This document shows, piece after piece, positions 48,415 through 50,996 of a stretch of DNA of 50,996 nt; within the stretch, counting starts at the first letter, position 1; each line of letters opens with the position of its first letter. Origin of the DNA: Octopus bimaculoides (lineage: Eukaryota); contig NC_068991.1 in NCBI RefSeq assembly GCF_001194135.2, positions 54,867,629 through 54,918,624 on the forward strand, written 5' to 3'. A program made the position numbers and the translations under genes. Under the pieces are notes generated by a model, which worked only from the letters and a program-made list of their open reading frames with translations, was not told the origin of the DNA and searched no databases.

Positions 48415-50438
48415 CTAAAAAAAAAATTCTTTTGTTTTAGAGAAGTAGGTTAAAAAGTAACAAAAAAAATCAGACAGTATATACAAAAAAAAAAAAANNN
48501 NNNNNNNAAAAAAGTCATGAGATTTCTAACCTCCTCAGGGATCACAGTAGAATATTGTTTATTTATATGAAATTATGTCTCTTTCAATATTCTGCAGTTA
48601 ACACATTTCATAAATCTTCATTAGCAGAAGATATTTCATCAGACATTCACTATTCCAGAGCTAAAACCGAGCGACGTAGTTTTCAAAGCTGATTTAAGAG
48701 GGGAGACAATTTTGTAATGCCTAGAGGATTATTTGATTATTTTGTGATGCGTAGAGGATTATTCTCTTCCTGAGAATATTAGGACAGTGGCTATACTTTT
48801 AAATTTTATTTTAGAAATTTACATGACAGTGGGGAAAAAAAAGTGAACAAACAATGGGCTTTCCATCCACCAAATTCATTCACAAGGCATTGGTAGGCTC
48901 AGGGCTATATAGTAGGAGATGCTTGCCTAACTGCCTCACACTGTGGCTGAACTCAATCCCACATAGTTCTGAGTTCAAATTCCACCAGGATTGATTTTTG
49001 CATTTTTATCCTTATAATCGACTAACACCTATCCTAAAAATACTGGCCTTGTGCCAAAATTTGAAACCAATATTCTTTTATTCTATTAATTGTTTCAGTC
49101 ATTAGACTGTGACCATGCTAGGACACTGCCTTGAAGAATTTCTAGTGGAATAAATCGACCTCAGTACTTAGTTTTTTAAAGCCTGATACCCTTAAAGCCA
49201 GGAACTTTTCAGTACCCCCTTCATTTTATATATATATATTGGACAAGTGTCTTCTACTATAGCTTTGGGCTGACCAAAGCCTTTTAAGTATTCAGTAGAC
49301 AGAAACTGAAAGAAGTCTGTATGTGTTTGTGTTTTTGTTCCCCACTACCACTTGACAACTAGTGTTGGTGTTTATGTCCCATAACTTAGTGGTTCGGCAA
49401 AAGATATCGATAGAATAAGTACCAACCTTCCAAGTTCTTTTACAAGGCTTAGAGAAACTAAAGGACTGCTGCAATAAGTATGTGAATCAGAGAGGGGAAT
49501 ATGTTGAATCAAATCATAATTAACTGATCCTCCTGTATTTTCTCTTACTCAAAGACAAGAACTTTTCAGCACTCCCTTCATATCAACCAAATCCATTCAC
49601 AAGTCTTTGGTCTGCCTAAGGTCTCTTGTATAAGACACTTGCCCAAGATATCACATAGTAAGACTAAACCCAAAACTAAGTGGTTGGGAAGCAAACTCTT
49701 TAGCCATGCCTGCATCTATAACTGTATATATTCTTTTACTAGTTTCCCTCATTCAATGGCAGCCATGCTAGGGAATCCTGTGAGCAGTTTTAGTCAAATG
49801 AATTCCTTTGCTAATAGTTCTTTGTTAATATTTTTATCTCGTCCAACCCATGCTAGCATGGAAAGCGGACGTTAAACGATGATGATGATGATGATGAATT
49901 CAGTAAAAGGTGAAGAGGAAACTAAATACAGCAATGATTTTGTCTATGCCATGCATTGATACACTCATTGATACAAGAGTTTTTCAGACAGTTTATATTT
50001 ACCAACTTTTACTAATCAAATCTAGACCATGGCAGAAGATACTGTCTCTGCCAAGGTCCAGTACAGGGAAAATGAAATTAAAATAAAAGATTTATAACAT
50101 GTCACCTTAGTGGAATGTCGTGGTAGTTATACTTACAGAATTCAATTTGTGGGCAATGAATGAGGATGGTTTACACTGGAGGAGTTGAACAGCTAAATTA
50201 CAATCTTTTCGATAACGATCCTGAAAATTAAAATTAAAACTTTGTTACAAACGTAATGGAGACAATGAGGTAGTGGAGAACCCCAGTGTAGCTACCAAAT
50301 ATAAAGTTTTATTAATGATTAATATATCACAATAGTTCAATGATGGTGTGTAATTCCCACTCTAAAAAAAAAAAGTCTTAAGTTGATCAGAGACACCAAT
50401 CACTACAAAAACAACAGCCATGTTAATCCTAACATTAA

Positions 50439-50613
50439 CCCTTTAGTATTCAGATTATTCAGCCAAATGTAACATTGTTTTTAATTAATTATGCATTATC
50501 TCAAAGCTTTGAGATTTTGATGATTTGATTGTTTACTTATAGAATGACATTGTTGTGTAGGTGTGAGAGATCAAATATTTAGGTTGGATATGACCGGTTT
50601 AAATGTTAAAGGG
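50439..50613. mobile_element. piggyBac-type MITE, internally deleted copy
   Basis: TTAA on both sides (50435-50438, 50614-50617); CCCTTTAGTATT / AATGTTAAAGGG termini; reverse orientation relative to the 8559 copy. Confidence 0.85.
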
Positions 50614-50996
50614 TTAAACTACAAAGAATAATGCAGTGAGGCTAAAAGCAATGTTTAATATTATAAGCCAGATGTTCCATTCCTGTTATAACATCAGCTG
50701 TGAAGTGTAGACAACCTTGTACCTTTGCAAATTACTAATGACAGAACGATTCAGTAAATACCTAAAGCTCCACGAGGCTCCGGCAGGGGATGGTGGCGAA
50801 CCCTGCTGTACTCTTTCACCACAACTTTCTCTCACTCTTTCTTCCTGTTTCTGTTGTACCTGTAATTCAAAGGGCCAGCCTTGTCACACTGTGTCACGCT
50901 AAATATCCCCGAGAACTACGTTAAGAGTACACATGTCTGTGGAGTGCTCAGCCACTTGCACGTTAATTTCATGAGCAGACTTTTCCGTTGATCGGA

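Overview
AT-rich, repeat-dense eukaryotic genomic DNA with six N-gaps; the repeat families and long introns suggest an octopus or related coleoid (inference, no database search run). The main gene is a + strand TRIM9/TRIM67-family (Trim9/MADD-2) E3 ligase. Five confidently spliced exons (14588-14683, 27485-27718, 30156-30312, 30565-30704, 33874-34012) encode coiled-coil, COS and FN3 regions. A sixth exon (38231-38298) starts like the SPRY domain (VASF vs VAWF) but stops after 22 aa. I found no RING/B-box exons (presumably upstream) and no SPRY exons in the window. The terminal exon of an unidentified convergent gene lies at 48037-48414 (-). The rest is transposon-derived: several tRNA-headed SINE families; RTE, CR1, Dong/R4, Tx1-like and Penelope-like retroelement fragments; a Gypsy relic; and hAT, piggyBac and Tc1 MITEs with recognisable TSDs. 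The best lead is a SINE-like element joining a tRNA-Ser-like Pol III head to a Penelope-type tail with a minimal hammerhead ribozyme (two copies, one with a long inverted repeat). Other leads are the apparent SPRY-less TRIM9 terminus with a SINE-donated poly(A) signal, and a near-perfect inverted repeat pair bracketing one FN3 exon.
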